From a candidate division WOR-3 bacterium (GTDB lineage: Bacteria > Hydrothermota > Hydrothermia > JBDRYB01): 64,000 nt of DNA. The notes under the pieces are model-generated. The model saw nothing but the letters and a program-made list of their open reading frames with translations. It had not been told where the DNA came from and did no database searches. A program made the translations under genes and the position numbers. The DNA is taken from the NCBI GenBank assembly GCA_039803205.1, contig JBDRYB010000002.1, positions 56,880 through 120,879 on the forward strand, written 5' to 3'. Shown piece after piece: positions 30,680-40,564 of the stretch (the first letter of the stretch is position 1; each line of letters begins with the position of its first letter).

Positions 30680-31131
30680 AGTTCCTCGTTGATCAGCATG
30701 CGGGGAAGCTCTGTCGTTGGCTCAGGTTTCTGGGATTTGACGCGGAGATGGCAGGGGGCTCGCTTTACGATTTGGCGGCAAGAGCAATTAGGGAAGGGAG
30801 GGTTCTTCTCACTAGGAACAGAAGGGCGCACGATCTGCCCATCGTCAAGGCCCTGGTCCTGCTCTCCGATGATCCGGATGAGCAATTGAGGCAGGTCCTC
30901 TCAGAGCTCAACCTAAAAACCAAGGCCAACCCGTTTACCCGTTGTCCTGTTTGCAACGAGGAGCTGGTGGATGTGGAGAAAGAAGAGGTCAAGCACCTTG
31001 TCCCCCCTCACACATATTCAACCCACGAGGAGTTCTCCAGGTGTCCATGCTGCGGCAGAGTCTACTGGGAGGGTTCGCATGTTGAGAGGATGAGGGCAAC
31101 CTTGGAGGAGTTGCTGGGAGAGCACGAATGA
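30676..31131 (+). CDS. Mut7-C RNase domain protein (PIN + Zn ribbon)
   Basis: KFLVD...GKLCRWLRFLGFD, LLTR, RCPVCN, CPCCGRVYWEGSH. Confidence 0.92.
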   Translation: MKFLVDQHAGKLCRWLRFLGFDAEMAGGSLYDLAARAIREGRVLLTRNRRAHDLPIVKALVLLSDDPDEQLRQVLSELNLKTKANPFTRCPVCNEELVDVEKEEVKHLVPPHTYSTHEEFSRCPCCGRVYWEGSHVERMRATLEELLGEHE

Positions 31132-31169
31132 GTGCGCATGGGCTCGCTTTTGGTTTATAATTTCAGTCC

Positions 31170-31242
31170 GGGCCGTTAGCTCAGGCGGTAGAGCACCGGA
31201 TTTTTAATCCGGGTGCCGAAGGTTCAACTCCTTCACGGCCCA
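31170..31242 (+). tRNA. tRNA-Lys (anticodon UUU), CCA not encoded
   Basis: Acceptor GGGCCGT/ACGGCCC, D arm GCTC/GAGC, anticodon arm CCGGA-TTTTTAA-TCCGG, T arm GAAGG-TTCAACT-CCTTC; TATAAT 8 nt upstream. Confidence 0.96.
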
Positions 31243-31355
31243 GTTTATTTTATGCGGGTTTCCAAGATTTCACCCCCTAACGAAAAAGCGTGAAAAACAC
31301 TCCATTTTCGGTCAGTTATGGTCGGTTGGGAAATGGGGCAGGAGTAAAACATCTT

Positions 31356-31921
31356 TCACCTGACACATTTCATACCCCCACAGATTGAAGATTTGGCCAG
31401 CGTTTCCTCGTAAGCCCTTGTGGCACAAGGGGATCGCAATCTATCCAGGTCTCTGAGAGTAATGCTTATGTAGCCTCTCAGAAACTCTCTAACCAGGGGG
31501 TCATCCTGGGAGAGGAGTCCCTTAACGAGGGCATATAGGCCTCTGAGAAAAAGTAAGAGCCAGGAAAGCATGATAAGGGTGATGAGCCCTTTCCTGACCA
31601 GGGGGTCTCTTATCCTTCTCAGAACCTCCCTCATCCCAAAGAGGCCTTTCAGGTCCCTGAAGAGATGCTCTATCCTCATCCTCTTCTTGTAGGCCTTTAT
31701 GGGATTGTTTTCCTCGTAAATGGCAAAGACCAGGAGCCTCTCTTCTGTCTCTCTCAGGTATGTTGGCTCCATGAGGCAAACGGTGTCCTCATCCCCACCG
31801 GTGAATATCCTCGCAAGCTCAGCCATTATCTCCTCTTAGATTCTGTCCGGATTTCCGGGCACCTTAGGGGCCACTCTCCAACCTGAGGGATTAAATTATA
31901 AACTCATAGAGGCTCGTCAGG
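31356..31921 (-). mobile_element. IS4-superfamily transposase remnant (C-terminal part)
   Basis: Y-x2-R-x3-E-x6-K type signature AYKKRMRIEHLFRDLK in ORF 31356-31826; N-terminal DDE region absent; boundaries approximate. Confidence 0.75.
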
Positions 31922-31981
31922 GCACAAGGCGCTGACGAGCCGTAGCCCTGCAAGACTTAAGGAACCTCTCGTTCTGCCTAG

Positions 31982-32495
31982 CTATGGTCGTCCTCCTTGT
32001 TGAAGCCCTTCCCTGGCTTTTACGAGTGTATCCCTGAACAGATTCCACATCTGAGGGAAGTATTCGTCTCTCAGGCTCTCTATCCAGGATGCACCGTCTC
32101 CGATGACCACCCCCTTCGTGTTCAGGTCAACCAAGTATTTGCGCCTTATGAGCTCAGCTGGCTCAACTGAGGCATATACCACCCTATTCATGAGCTTGTG
32201 GTCCTTTCTCTCTGTGAAAGCGAGGAGTATCTTGGCCTCAGCCCTTCTGGATTTCTCCCTTTGAAGGGCTATCTGCGTTCCATCAGCTTCTACAACAACA
32301 TGCTCAGATTGGTGGGTGCCTTTGAGGTTATTATCCTCTGGAAGGCCTCAGAGGCCATATCCCTGCCTGCTTCTCCTCAACGAGTTTCATCCAGACCTCA
32401 GGTTGATCTATACTTATCTCACCCAGCTCTATCTGGATGCTCACGGTCCTAGTGATCGCGATGGGCCATCTCCTTTAATCTTTCTTTTTTCCATA
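31982..32495 (-). mobile_element. ISLre2/UPF0236-like transposase pseudogene
   Basis: Fragments VVVEADGTQIALQ...EAK and VVIGDGASWI; frameshifts and deletions. Confidence 0.7.
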
Positions 32496-32627
32496 CCTCT
32501 CAGAGGAGGTGGCCCATATTCTAATCCAAAGGCCGAATCCGGGCCGGTTGTGCCCGGAAAACCGGACTGAACCCTTTCAAGGAACTCATGTGAATGGGCC
32601 CATGATTGTCCGGTATAATTTCAAGCT

Positions 32628-33761
32628 GTGAAGACCCTTGACAGGATGATCCTGAGGCAGGTCATCGCGCCATTCGTTGGCTCACTTGCTACATTCTCGG
32701 TAATAATGCTCCTGGATAGGATGTTTGACCTCATGGACCTCTTGATCCGCAAAGGCGTTCCTCCTGGAACGGTTGGCCTCGTAGTCGCATATACCATGCC
32801 CTTCATCCTCTCCTTCACAGCCCCTATGGCGGTCCTTGTTGCCATACTCGTTGCTTTCGGGAGGATGGCGCAGGACAACGAGGTTCTTGCCGCGAAGGCC
32901 CTTGGCATATCAGTGAAACGCCTCGCTTTCGGACCTTTTGTTGGAGCGATTGTTCTCGTGGGAGTCCTGTTCTGGGCTAACAACTACCTGGTTCCCGAGG
33001 CAAACCATCGCCTCAAAACCCTTCTCGTTGAAATAGGCCAGAAACGCCCCACCGCGCAGATAAAGAAGGGGCTTTTCACCCAGATTGAGGGGTATCTGGT
33101 CTATGTTGAGGACAAGGATGACAGGACGGGGAGAATAGAGGATGTAAAGATACAGGAGATGGGCGGCAGTGAGCCGAAGACAATAATTGCCAAGAGGGGC
33201 AGGGTTTTTGTATCAGGTGATACGGTCATGGTCTTCGCCCTTGAGGACGGAGAGATCCACCAGGCAATAGGCCCCAGAAAGGATGTCTACAGGCTCATCT
33301 CATTTGAGAGATACAAGATGAAGATCCCCATAAATCCAGAGATGCTGAGGGAGGAACGCAAGTTTCGCGCGGACAAGGAAAAGCTCCTCTCTCATCTGGC
33401 CAAGGACCTATCCGAACAGGAGAAAAATCTCGGGAAACCAGGACTGGACCCTGGCGCGAAGAGGTCGGTTTTGATCCGGATCGCTCAGATATGGGTTGAG
33501 CTTCACAAGCGTTTTGCCTTGCCCGTCGCGGGGCTCATATTCGTTCTTCTCGGGGTTCCCGTTGCTGTAATGACGAGGCGGGGCGGCTACGGGACAGCGT
33601 TTGGGATATCCTTCTTCATCTTTGTCCTTTATTACATAATGCTTCTCTCTGGCGAACAACTCTCCACGAGGGGCATTTTGCCCCATCCGGTTATCTGGGT
33701 TCCCAACCTGCTATTCGTTGGCCTCGCGATCTGGCTCATTAGAAAAGAAGAGAGAAAATAG
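32628..33761 (+). CDS. lptF: LPS export permease, LptF/LptG family
   Basis: LDRMILRQ, PMAVL, FGRMAQDNEVLAAKALGIS, HKRFALP, WVPN. Confidence 0.88.
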   Translation: MKTLDRMILRQVIAPFVGSLATFSVIMLLDRMFDLMDLLIRKGVPPGTVGLVVAYTMPFILSFTAPMAVLVAILVAFGRMAQDNEVLAAKALGISVKRLAFGPFVGAIVLVGVLFWANNYLVPEANHRLKTLLVEIGQKRPTAQIKKGLFTQIEGYLVYVEDKDDRTGRIEDVKIQEMGGSEPKTIIAKRGRVFVSGDTVMVFALEDGEIHQAIGPRKDVYRLISFERYKMKIPINPEMLREERKFRADKEKLLSHLAKDLSEQEKNLGKPGLDPGAKRSVLIRIAQIWVELHKRFALPVAGLIFVLLGVPVAVMTRRGGYGTAFGISFFIFVLYYIMLLSGEQLSTRGILPHPVIWVPNLLFVGLAIWLIRKEERK

Positions 33762-33764
33762 CCC

Positions 33765-34484
33765 CTACCACCTTAAAGCGCGTCCGTTTTCCCTGAACCA
33801 GCGCCTTCTTTCCTTGTGATCGGGGATGAAATCAGCCACGAAATTCCAGAAATCCTTTGAGTGGTTTCTGTGCCTGAGGTGCGCGAGCTCGTGAACAACC
33901 ACATAATCAACCATGGGCTCAGGGGCCATTATCACCCTGAAGTTGAGGTTTATGTTTCCGCGCCCCGAGCAGCTCCCCCAACCGCTTTTCTGATCCTTTA
34001 TGAAGACCCTCTTGGGTTTCACCCGCATCCTCCTGGCCCAGGCCTGAACCTTGCCGAAAAGGAAAACCCTTGCCTCTTCCCTATACCACTTGATGAGCAC
34101 AGACCTTATCTGATCCGAGCGCATGTCCGGCGGACCCTCAACCACTATCATCCTGGGGGTCTTGAAGACCTTGATGTGCCTGGCTTTCGGTTTTCTCTTG
34201 ATTGAGAGCCTGAGGCCTTTGCCCAAATAAGGAAAGGTCTCGTTGTCGGCGAATCGTTTCTTGGGTGGCACAACTTTGTTTAAGATCTCAACGATCTGGT
34301 CAATGTTCCTGAGAAGGACCCTCTTTATCTGCTGGAGCGAGGCGCCTTTTGGCGCTGATACCAGAAGTCCCTCTTTGGTATACTTGACCCCTACGGAGAC
34401 CCTCCCCTCCTCCCTCACGAGCCAATAGATTATCGTTCTTCCGGGTATCTTTAGCTTGTGCTGAACGGGTTTGGCCCCCTTCAT
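33765..34484 (-). CDS. YgjP/DUF45-like M48 metal-dependent hydrolase
   Basis: WGSCS, INLN, DYVVVHELAHL...HSKDFW; start chosen at the ATGA overlap with the upstream USP. Confidence 0.9.
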   Translation of the reverse strand: MKGAKPVQHKLKIPGRTIIYWLVREEGRVSVGVKYTKEGLLVSAPKGASLQQIKRVLLRNIDQIVEILNKVVPPKKRFADNETFPYLGKGLRLSIKRKPKARHIKVFKTPRMIVVEGPPDMRSDQIRSVLIKWYREEARVFLFGKVQAWARRMRVKPKRVFIKDQKSGWGSCSGRGNINLNFRVIMAPEPMVDYVVVHELAHLRHRNHSKDFWNFVADFIPDHKERRRWFRENGRALRW

Positions 34485-35305
34485 TCCTTTACCACTATCA
34501 ACGGCCAAGGAGACATCTTTATCACCCTTTCCGTTGTGCTGCCGAGAAGCCACCTCTCAAGCCCCGTTGCCCCGCGACTGCCCATTATCGTGAGGGGAAT
34601 GTTGTGCTTCGTTATGTATCTGGCTATGCCGTCGCCGGATTCCGGGTGGCTTATTACCTCTGGCTTTACCTCGCCCTCGGAAAGCCCCTTTGCTTTTAAG
34701 GCGTATCTCAGCTCATCCAGGGCCTTGTCCATCTCCTCCGCAGTGGGAGGTATGTCCGCGAACTCATATACGAAAAGGAGGTGGACGGGCGCTGAGAAGG
34801 CCCTTGCTATGGGCAAAGCAAAGTCCAGAGCCACGAAAGAGGCATCCGAGAGATCTGTTGGAACAAGGAGCCTATCTATCTTCGGGATCATGTCCTTGGC
34901 CCTCGCGATGAGCACGGGTCTCCGGGTGCCATGTAGGACCTGCCTCGCGGTTGAACCAGCGTATTTCTCCTCTCCGGGCACTCCGGCCCTGCCCAAGGCT
35001 ATCATATCCGCGTGGAGGCTTTCAGCGGCGTCCAACAAGCACCTCCCCGTGGCCTCTGATTCGGCTATCTCGTATGATACCCCGATGCCCATTTTGGCGA
35101 GGCCGCCCGCTATTTCCTCCAGCTTCGCGCTCACGGTGTTTTTCCTCTCAAGATACCTCGCCTTGTCCGTCTCGTGCCTGGAAGGCGGCCTCATTATGTA
35201 TATGGCGTGAATGGTCGCGCCGGTGCGCTTCGCTATCTCAGCGGCTATCTGCCCAGCAAAAATGCTATCCTCGTAAAAATCACAACCCCAAAGGATCCGC
35301 TTCAT
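34481..35305 (-). CDS. Universal stress protein (tandem USP domains)
   Basis: RILWGCDF, GSTARQVL, LLVPTDLS, MGSRG...LLGSTTERV. Confidence 0.92.
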   Translation of the reverse strand: MKRILWGCDFYEDSIFAGQIAAEIAKRTGATIHAIYIMRPPSRHETDKARYLERKNTVSAKLEEIAGGLAKMGIGVSYEIAESEATGRCLLDAAESLHADMIALGRAGVPGEEKYAGSTARQVLHGTRRPVLIARAKDMIPKIDRLLVPTDLSDASFVALDFALPIARAFSAPVHLLFVYEFADIPPTAEEMDKALDELRYALKAKGLSEGEVKPEVISHPESGDGIARYITKHNIPLTIMGSRGATGLERWLLGSTTERVIKMSPWPLIVVKE

Positions 35306-35383
35306 GAACAAATTATATTGCAGGGGAAGGGCCCCGTGCCTCTTGATTTACCCGAACCCCTCTCCTGCCTTATGCTTTGTGCC

Positions 35384-36640
35384 TTGAGGAAGCTCATTCT
35401 GGTCTTCGGGATAGCTATATGCTTCAAGGCCCTGGTTTCCGCTCCGGCTCTCCTCAACCCTCAAAGGGCCTATGGCATGGATACCAAGGGCTACATATCC
35501 ATAGCCGAAAACCTCTTTCTGGGGCGCGGGTTCTCCTGGGACGATTCTCCGCCATACCACCAAAACATCGTGAGGACGCCCCCGTATCCCTTGGTTCTCT
35601 CCGTGCTATACTGCCCTTTTCGGGACGAGAGGCCTGTTCTCATCTTTCAAATCCTGCTCGGCGCTTTCCTCGCTACCCTCGTTTTCCTTCTGGGCCAGAG
35701 GGTCTCTGGAAACGGTCTTGTTGGGGGGCTTTTGGCCGCCTGCGACCCGTTTACAGCCCTCTTCGGTGCCATGCTTTACTCGGAAACCCTTTTTGCCGTG
35801 CTCCTGGCTCTTGGCGCGCTCCTGCTTTTCAGCCGGAGGAACACGCTAGCCGGGCTAATAATGGGACTCGCTTGCCTGACGAGGCCAGCTGGGATAGCGC
35901 TCGTGCTCGGAGGGATATATCCGGCCTGGAGAAAGGACTGGCGAGGCCTGCTGAACTTTCTCTGGGGATTTCTCGTTTTGCCCATCATGTGGGCGCTGAG
36001 AAACTACATGGTATCAGGGATCTTCACCCTCTCATCCGTCTCTGATGTCAACATGTATGTCTTTCTCGGCCCCATGACAAAGGCAGAGGCTTTTGGGATA
36101 ACATATCAGGAGGCCTGGGGATCATCACGCTCAGACCTTTATCTCAAATATGACAAGGATCCGTGGCGAGCCGCGAACGATCCGGATTTCGTGCGTGAAG
36201 CAAGGGCAGAGGGACTCCGGGAGATAAAGGGACATCCATCAGCGTTCGTGAAAATATATCTGAAGGGGCTCCTCAAAGGCCTCGGCGGCCTTGATTTCAA
36301 CCTTCCCTCGCATGTCCTCGCTGAGCCGCAGAAAACCCATGGTTCCCTCACGGCCGCAGTTTTTGCGCTTGTCCGTGGGGATCTCAGGGGGTTTTGGGAA
36401 GGGCTTATCCAAAGATTATCAGGAACCCATCCCATTGCTCTCGTCTACACAATATATTCCTGGATATTTTTGATATTACTGTATGTTCTTGTTGCCAGGG
36501 GGATCAGGATGAAGCCAGAGGAGATAACATGCCTCGCGATTAGCATTGGGCTGATCTTCGTCGCCGGTCCACTTGCCTCATTCAGGTTCAGGACCCCTGC
36601 GCACCCCCTGCTAGAGGGAATATCTAGGTGGAGGCACTAA
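35384..36640 (+). CDS. ArnT/GT39-like membrane glycosyltransferase
   Basis: DTKGY...AENL, RTPPYP, YSETLF, LTRP, WALRNY, RFR; start approximate (35372 or 35384). Confidence 0.8.
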   Translation: MRKLILVFGIAICFKALVSAPALLNPQRAYGMDTKGYISIAENLFLGRGFSWDDSPPYHQNIVRTPPYPLVLSVLYCPFRDERPVLIFQILLGAFLATLVFLLGQRVSGNGLVGGLLAACDPFTALFGAMLYSETLFAVLLALGALLLFSRRNTLAGLIMGLACLTRPAGIALVLGGIYPAWRKDWRGLLNFLWGFLVLPIMWALRNYMVSGIFTLSSVSDVNMYVFLGPMTKAEAFGITYQEAWGSSRSDLYLKYDKDPWRAANDPDFVREARAEGLREIKGHPSAFVKIYLKGLLKGLGGLDFNLPSHVLAEPQKTHGSLTAAVFALVRGDLRGFWEGLIQRLSGTHPIALVYTIYSWIFLILLYVLVARGIRMKPEEITCLAISIGLIFVAGPLASFRFRTPAHPLLEGISRWRH

Positions 36641-38184
36641 CCTTGAGGAAGAACCTGCCCGCAATCATCACCTTCGTGCTCTCGGCCGTCATCGGTATTA
36701 CCCTCTCTGTGATGGGCTCTCTCCGTTATCAGGCTGGGAACGCTGGCTTCTATGACCTCGGCATAATGGAGCAAATAGCCTGGAACCTTGGTTTTCGGTA
36801 TGACCTTTCTTTTCTCGTTAAAGGACACCTGCGGCCTCTGTTTTTAATCATTGCCATTGTTTACCGCGCGTTTCCTCGTGCGGAGACCCTTATTGTAATA
36901 GGCTCTATCTCGGTTGCGGCAGGAGGCATCTCCTTCTATTTCCTCGGCAAAAGGGCGATCGGCCCCTGGGCTGGGTTTTTCCTTTCCGTTTTCTATCTGC
37001 TCCATCCGGGGACATGGTATCTCGCTCTTTTTGACTTCCATCCGGATGCCCTTTTTCCCCTTATTGTCAGCATAGCCCTAATCTTCCTTGAAGGGAAGAG
37101 GCCTTGGCCCTTCCTCGCTTTTTCGCTAAGCCCTCTTCTTCTCAAGGAAACCCTTGCTCTGCCGATCGCAGTGCTCGGAATCGTGGCTTTTATTAAGGGC
37201 CTCAAGAAGCAAGGGGCCATCATTGCGGCTGTGGCTCTCGTCTGGTTCCTGATTGCCAGCTTCTGGCTTGTTCCAGCCTTCAATCCCCAAGGTCCATACA
37301 CGAGGTTCTTTGGGCCTCCCTCGCTAAGCTGGGCAAAGGTGACATATTGGCTCTTTCTCATGTTGCCCTTGGGCTTACTGCCAATTCTGAGGCCCCTTGA
37401 ACTCCTCCCAGGATTGGTCCACTCAGGCCTCATTGTATTCGCGGCATTCCCCGGCTACTACGGGATTGAGACCCAGTATGCCGCGCAGTTCCTTCCCTTT
37501 GGGTTGTGGGCTACAGCCGTCCTTATGTCAAGGGTCAACTGGAGAAAAATAGCGCCATTAATCCTCGGGTTCTCCTTTCTTGGCCACGCGCTTTTCGCGC
37601 CAACGCCTTTCGGGATCGTGTTTTACAGGCCGGATAAACCGTTTAATCTCTGGATATATCAAGTAACCAAGAGGGACCAAGAGGTTACGAGGGCAATATC
37701 TGAGCGCGTTCCTCGCGATGTCTCCCTTTGCGCGCAGATAAACCTGATAACGGGCGGCGTTCCGCAGAGAGCGAGGCTCTGGCCCTTTCCAGAAGGGCTC
37801 GAGGAGGCTCAGTATGTCCTCCTGGACACGGCAACCGGAAGATGGGTTGGAATGAATAGGGACGAGGAGGGATACAGGTCCTGGGCAAGCAAGGTCCTGA
37901 GCGATCCCGCATGGGAGATAATATATCAGGATGGGGAGGGGCTTTTTGTTCTGAGGAGGATAAGGTCAGAGCCGTCAAGGTTGAGCGAAACCCTGCGGGC
38001 GCGACACGGGCACGGGCAGTTTTCCCTTGAGCATCTCCTTTGCCTTATCCGACACCTCAAGAAGCCTCCTGCCCGCCTCAGAAGCGCTTATTCCAGCATC
38101 CTCTTCCCTCTCAAGATAAACCAGGCACCTCGAGAAGGGCTTCGGGATCATGAACCGGTCCCAGGAACCGATCTCCCAGTATGA
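36628..38184 (+). CDS. DUF2079-family membrane protein (GT-C-like)
   Basis: YDLGIMEQ, GHLRP, FDFHPD, LKE, QY motifs; 3' ~70 codons overlap the opposite gene. Confidence 0.8.
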   Translation: MEALTLRKNLPAIITFVLSAVIGITLSVMGSLRYQAGNAGFYDLGIMEQIAWNLGFRYDLSFLVKGHLRPLFLIIAIVYRAFPRAETLIVIGSISVAAGGISFYFLGKRAIGPWAGFFLSVFYLLHPGTWYLALFDFHPDALFPLIVSIALIFLEGKRPWPFLAFSLSPLLLKETLALPIAVLGIVAFIKGLKKQGAIIAAVALVWFLIASFWLVPAFNPQGPYTRFFGPPSLSWAKVTYWLFLMLPLGLLPILRPLELLPGLVHSGLIVFAAFPGYYGIETQYAAQFLPFGLWATAVLMSRVNWRKIAPLILGFSFLGHALFAPTPFGIVFYRPDKPFNLWIYQVTKRDQEVTRAISERVPRDVSLCAQINLITGGVPQRARLWPFPEGLEEAQYVLLDTATGRWVGMNRDEEGYRSWASKVLSDPAWEIIYQDGEGLFVLRRIRSEPSRLSETLRARHGHGQFSLEHLLCLIRHLKKPPARLRSAYSSILFPLKINQAPREGLRDHEPVPGTDLPV

Positions 38185-38610
38185 GGAATAAGCAACCCCC
38201 ACATAGAGAATGGGGGCCTTGAGTCCGGTCGCCAAGCGCCAAGCCCCCTCCTTGAACTCATACCGGGGGCCCCGTGGGCCATCTGGGGTTATCGCAACCG
38301 AGTTGCCCCGCCTTATTCCCTCAATTGCCGCACGAACCGCCTTGCCTCCTTCCCTTGTTGCTGAGCCCCGGGCCAGGCCAAACCCGAATATCCTGAGGAC
38401 CCCCGCAACAAGCTCCCCATCCTTGTGGGTTGAGACGAGGACGACAACCCCCCTTCTCCTGTGGGTGAATATGAGGGGAAAAAGCCTGTTGTGCCAGAAG
38501 AGATAGACTACGGGATCGAAGAAAGCGTCTGCCCCACAGAAACGAACCCTAATCGTGCGGAGCCAAAGGTAATAAATGGGAGCTATAAGATAAGGAAGGA
38601 TCCTTCTCAT
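37975..38610 (-). CDS. DUF374 / lysophospholipid acyltransferase family protein
   Basis: FWHNR, STHKDGE, RGSA, ITPDGPRGP, SWDRFMIPKPF. Confidence 0.92.
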   Translation of the reverse strand: MRRILPYLIAPIYYLWLRTIRVRFCGADAFFDPVVYLFWHNRLFPLIFTHRRRGVVVLVSTHKDGELVAGVLRIFGFGLARGSATREGGKAVRAAIEGIRRGNSVAITPDGPRGPRYEFKEGAWRLATGLKAPILYVGVAYSSYWEIGSWDRFMIPKPFSRCLVYLEREEDAGISASEAGRRLLEVSDKAKEMLKGKLPVPVSRPQGFAQP

Positions 38611-39662
38611 CTCTGAAAAACGCTGAAAGGAACTGGGGTTATGGTAAGAATAAAAAGAACAAGTGAGAGAAGTCCGAGGAGGATGCGCTTGGGGTCAGGC
38701 GCTATGGCATCAACCAGGGTAGGAGGATGTTTTATCCCGAATATCAGGATCAGGAGGGCCCACCACCACCAGCCTGGCCAGAATATTCCCGCGACTATGA
38801 GAACTGCCCAGAAGGCCCACGCGAACGGCTTGTGCCACTTGCCCATCAACGCATACGCTATGTGGCCTCCATCCAGCTGGCCAACGGGGATTAGGTTCAG
38901 GGCAGTGACGAAGAAGCCTATCCAGCCAGCAAAGGCAACAGGGTGCAGCATTACATCGTAGCCCTCCGGGGGCCTACCTATGGCTATGAGGCTGATTAAC
39001 CTAAAAAGGAGGGAGTCCCCGAGAATAAGCGCGGCGCCCATGTCGCTCTTTGGAACAAAAGAGGAGAGCTTGAGGCCGATGAATGTAAGGGGCAGGGCCG
39101 CAATGAGGCCCGCTATTGGGCCCGCTGAGCCGATGTCAAGGAGTGCCTTACGGGTTGGTATTGGGCTCTTTATCCTTATGACAGCGCCCATGGTCCCGAT
39201 TATGGTAGGGAATGGAATAAAATACGGCAGGGTTGCCTCAACCCCGTGGAGGCGTGAAGCTATATAATGGCCCATCTCGTGGATGAGCAATATGCCCATT
39301 ATGGACAAGGAAAACGGCAGACCCTTCCAGATCATCCAGGGCTCCTGTAGGATTTTAACCTGCTCATACATGGCCCCAACAGCTAAGGTTGTGAGCAGAG
39401 TGAGAACAAAAAGAGCGATGTTTATCCAAACCCGGGTGCCTTTCGTTTTAACCCTCGGGAGGAGAATAGCCCTTACGGTCCCGTCCTCCTTCTGGTTTAT
39501 GTGGAGGTAGAAACCCCGGTGGTTTGCTTCCACGACGAACATCTCAGCGTTTTCCTTCTGAGGCGGCCTCATATAACCCTCAAAGATGAGCATACCATCC
39601 GGAAGGGCCTCCTTGTAAATGATCTCCATGAACCTACCAACGAGGGTTTCTATCTCTTCCAT
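38607..39662 (-). CDS. Site-2 (M50) intramembrane metalloprotease
   Basis: HEMGH, LPYFIP, AGPIAG, NLIPVGQLDGGH. Confidence 0.95.
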   Translation of the reverse strand: MEEIETLVGRFMEIIYKEALPDGMLIFEGYMRPPQKENAEMFVVEANHRGFYLHINQKEDGTVRAILLPRVKTKGTRVWINIALFVLTLLTTLAVGAMYEQVKILQEPWMIWKGLPFSLSIMGILLIHEMGHYIASRLHGVEATLPYFIPFPTIIGTMGAVIRIKSPIPTRKALLDIGSAGPIAGLIAALPLTFIGLKLSSFVPKSDMGAALILGDSLLFRLISLIAIGRPPEGYDVMLHPVAFAGWIGFFVTALNLIPVGQLDGGHIAYALMGKWHKPFAWAFWAVLIVAGIFWPGWWWWALLILIFGIKHPPTLVDAIAPDPKRILLGLLSLVLFILTITPVPFSVFQR

Positions 39663-40399
39663 ATGACCTCAACTATGTCCCCAACAGAAAGCCCAAGAGC
39701 CGCGGAGGCATCCCCTTCCCTAACAGATAACTCGAGAAATCCGCCTGAGCCTATCAGGGCTAGTGGCTGGCCCCTCTCAGCATCCCCGTATGTCCTCGCA
39801 GGGTGAATCTCCACTCCACCAGCGAGAACGACAAAGCCCTTACCCTCAACCATGCTGGCTGGCACATCGGTTATCAGGTTCCCGAACCTGTCCCTCATTA
39901 TCACCCTTCCCCTTATTCCCCCCTCTGTCTCCCTGGGCGACAGGAAAGCGCAATGGAGAGGTGAAGGGCATGGGTGGCCGAGATTTTCGGGTTTCTCTCC
40001 CAAGGCAAGCGCCCGGGCCGCTGGAGCAAAGACATCCCTCGCGTGGAATGTAGGGGAGGCAGTAGGGGGGACCGGGATCTCAAAAGCCCGGAAATTCTCA
40101 TCCATGAATGGAGATAGTATCCCATTATCCGGAGCCACGAAAAAATAATCGTGCCACGACGCGACAAGGGCCTTTCTGGATGTTCCAACCCCCGGATCAA
40201 CGACAGCTAGAAAGACCGAACCAGCCGGAAAATACCTCCAGGATGTAAAAAGCACATAAGCACCAGCCCTTATGTCCTCAGGGGGAATCTCGTGGCACAG
40301 GTCTATGACGGGAATACCCGAGAGCACGCCCTTTACCTGACCAACGTACGCGCTGGCGGGCCCGAAATCCGAGAGGAAGACCACAAACCTGTCTGACAC
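39650..40399 (-). CDS. SAM hydroxide adenosyltransferase / chlorinase-fluorinase (DUF62) family
   Basis: SDFG, VVDPGVGT, APDNG, TFHARDVFAP, DRFGN, GSGGFLE. Confidence 0.93.
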   Translation of the reverse strand: MSDRFVVFLSDFGPASAYVGQVKGVLSGIPVIDLCHEIPPEDIRAGAYVLFTSWRYFPAGSVFLAVVDPGVGTSRKALVASWHDYFFVAPDNGILSPFMDENFRAFEIPVPPTASPTFHARDVFAPAARALALGEKPENLGHPCPSPLHCAFLSPRETEGGIRGRVIMRDRFGNLITDVPASMVEGKGFVVLAGGVEIHPARTYGDAERGQPLALIGSGGFLELSVREGDASAALGLSVGDIVEVIWKR

Positions 40400-40564
40400 A
40401 CTCATATTATAAGGCACGCGAGGAAGGCTACGTCAACCACGGATTTTAGGGAGGCGGTCTATGACCTCTGGCCATGCAGAAACATCCCGGGGGGTTGGGG
40501 CTAGCCATTTTGTTAACCAGGCACCAGGCCTTTGACTTGCATTATAATATTCCCCGGAGGAAAG

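Noticed and set aside
30676-31131. Mut7-C as part of the defence islet
   Set aside because: Coupled to speB with host-like composition; a widespread standalone family with no antitoxin or mobility link here
31905-31975. Hammerhead ribozyme suggested by CTGACGAG on both strands
   Set aside because: No stem II followed by GAAA on either strand; a plain inverted repeat explains it
35174-35383. Long ORF-track N-terminal extensions (also at 10528, 12162, 34553, 41449, 52094, 60679)
   Set aside because: They overlap neighbouring genes, promoters or IS DNA; better starts are marked by SD sites or -10 boxes
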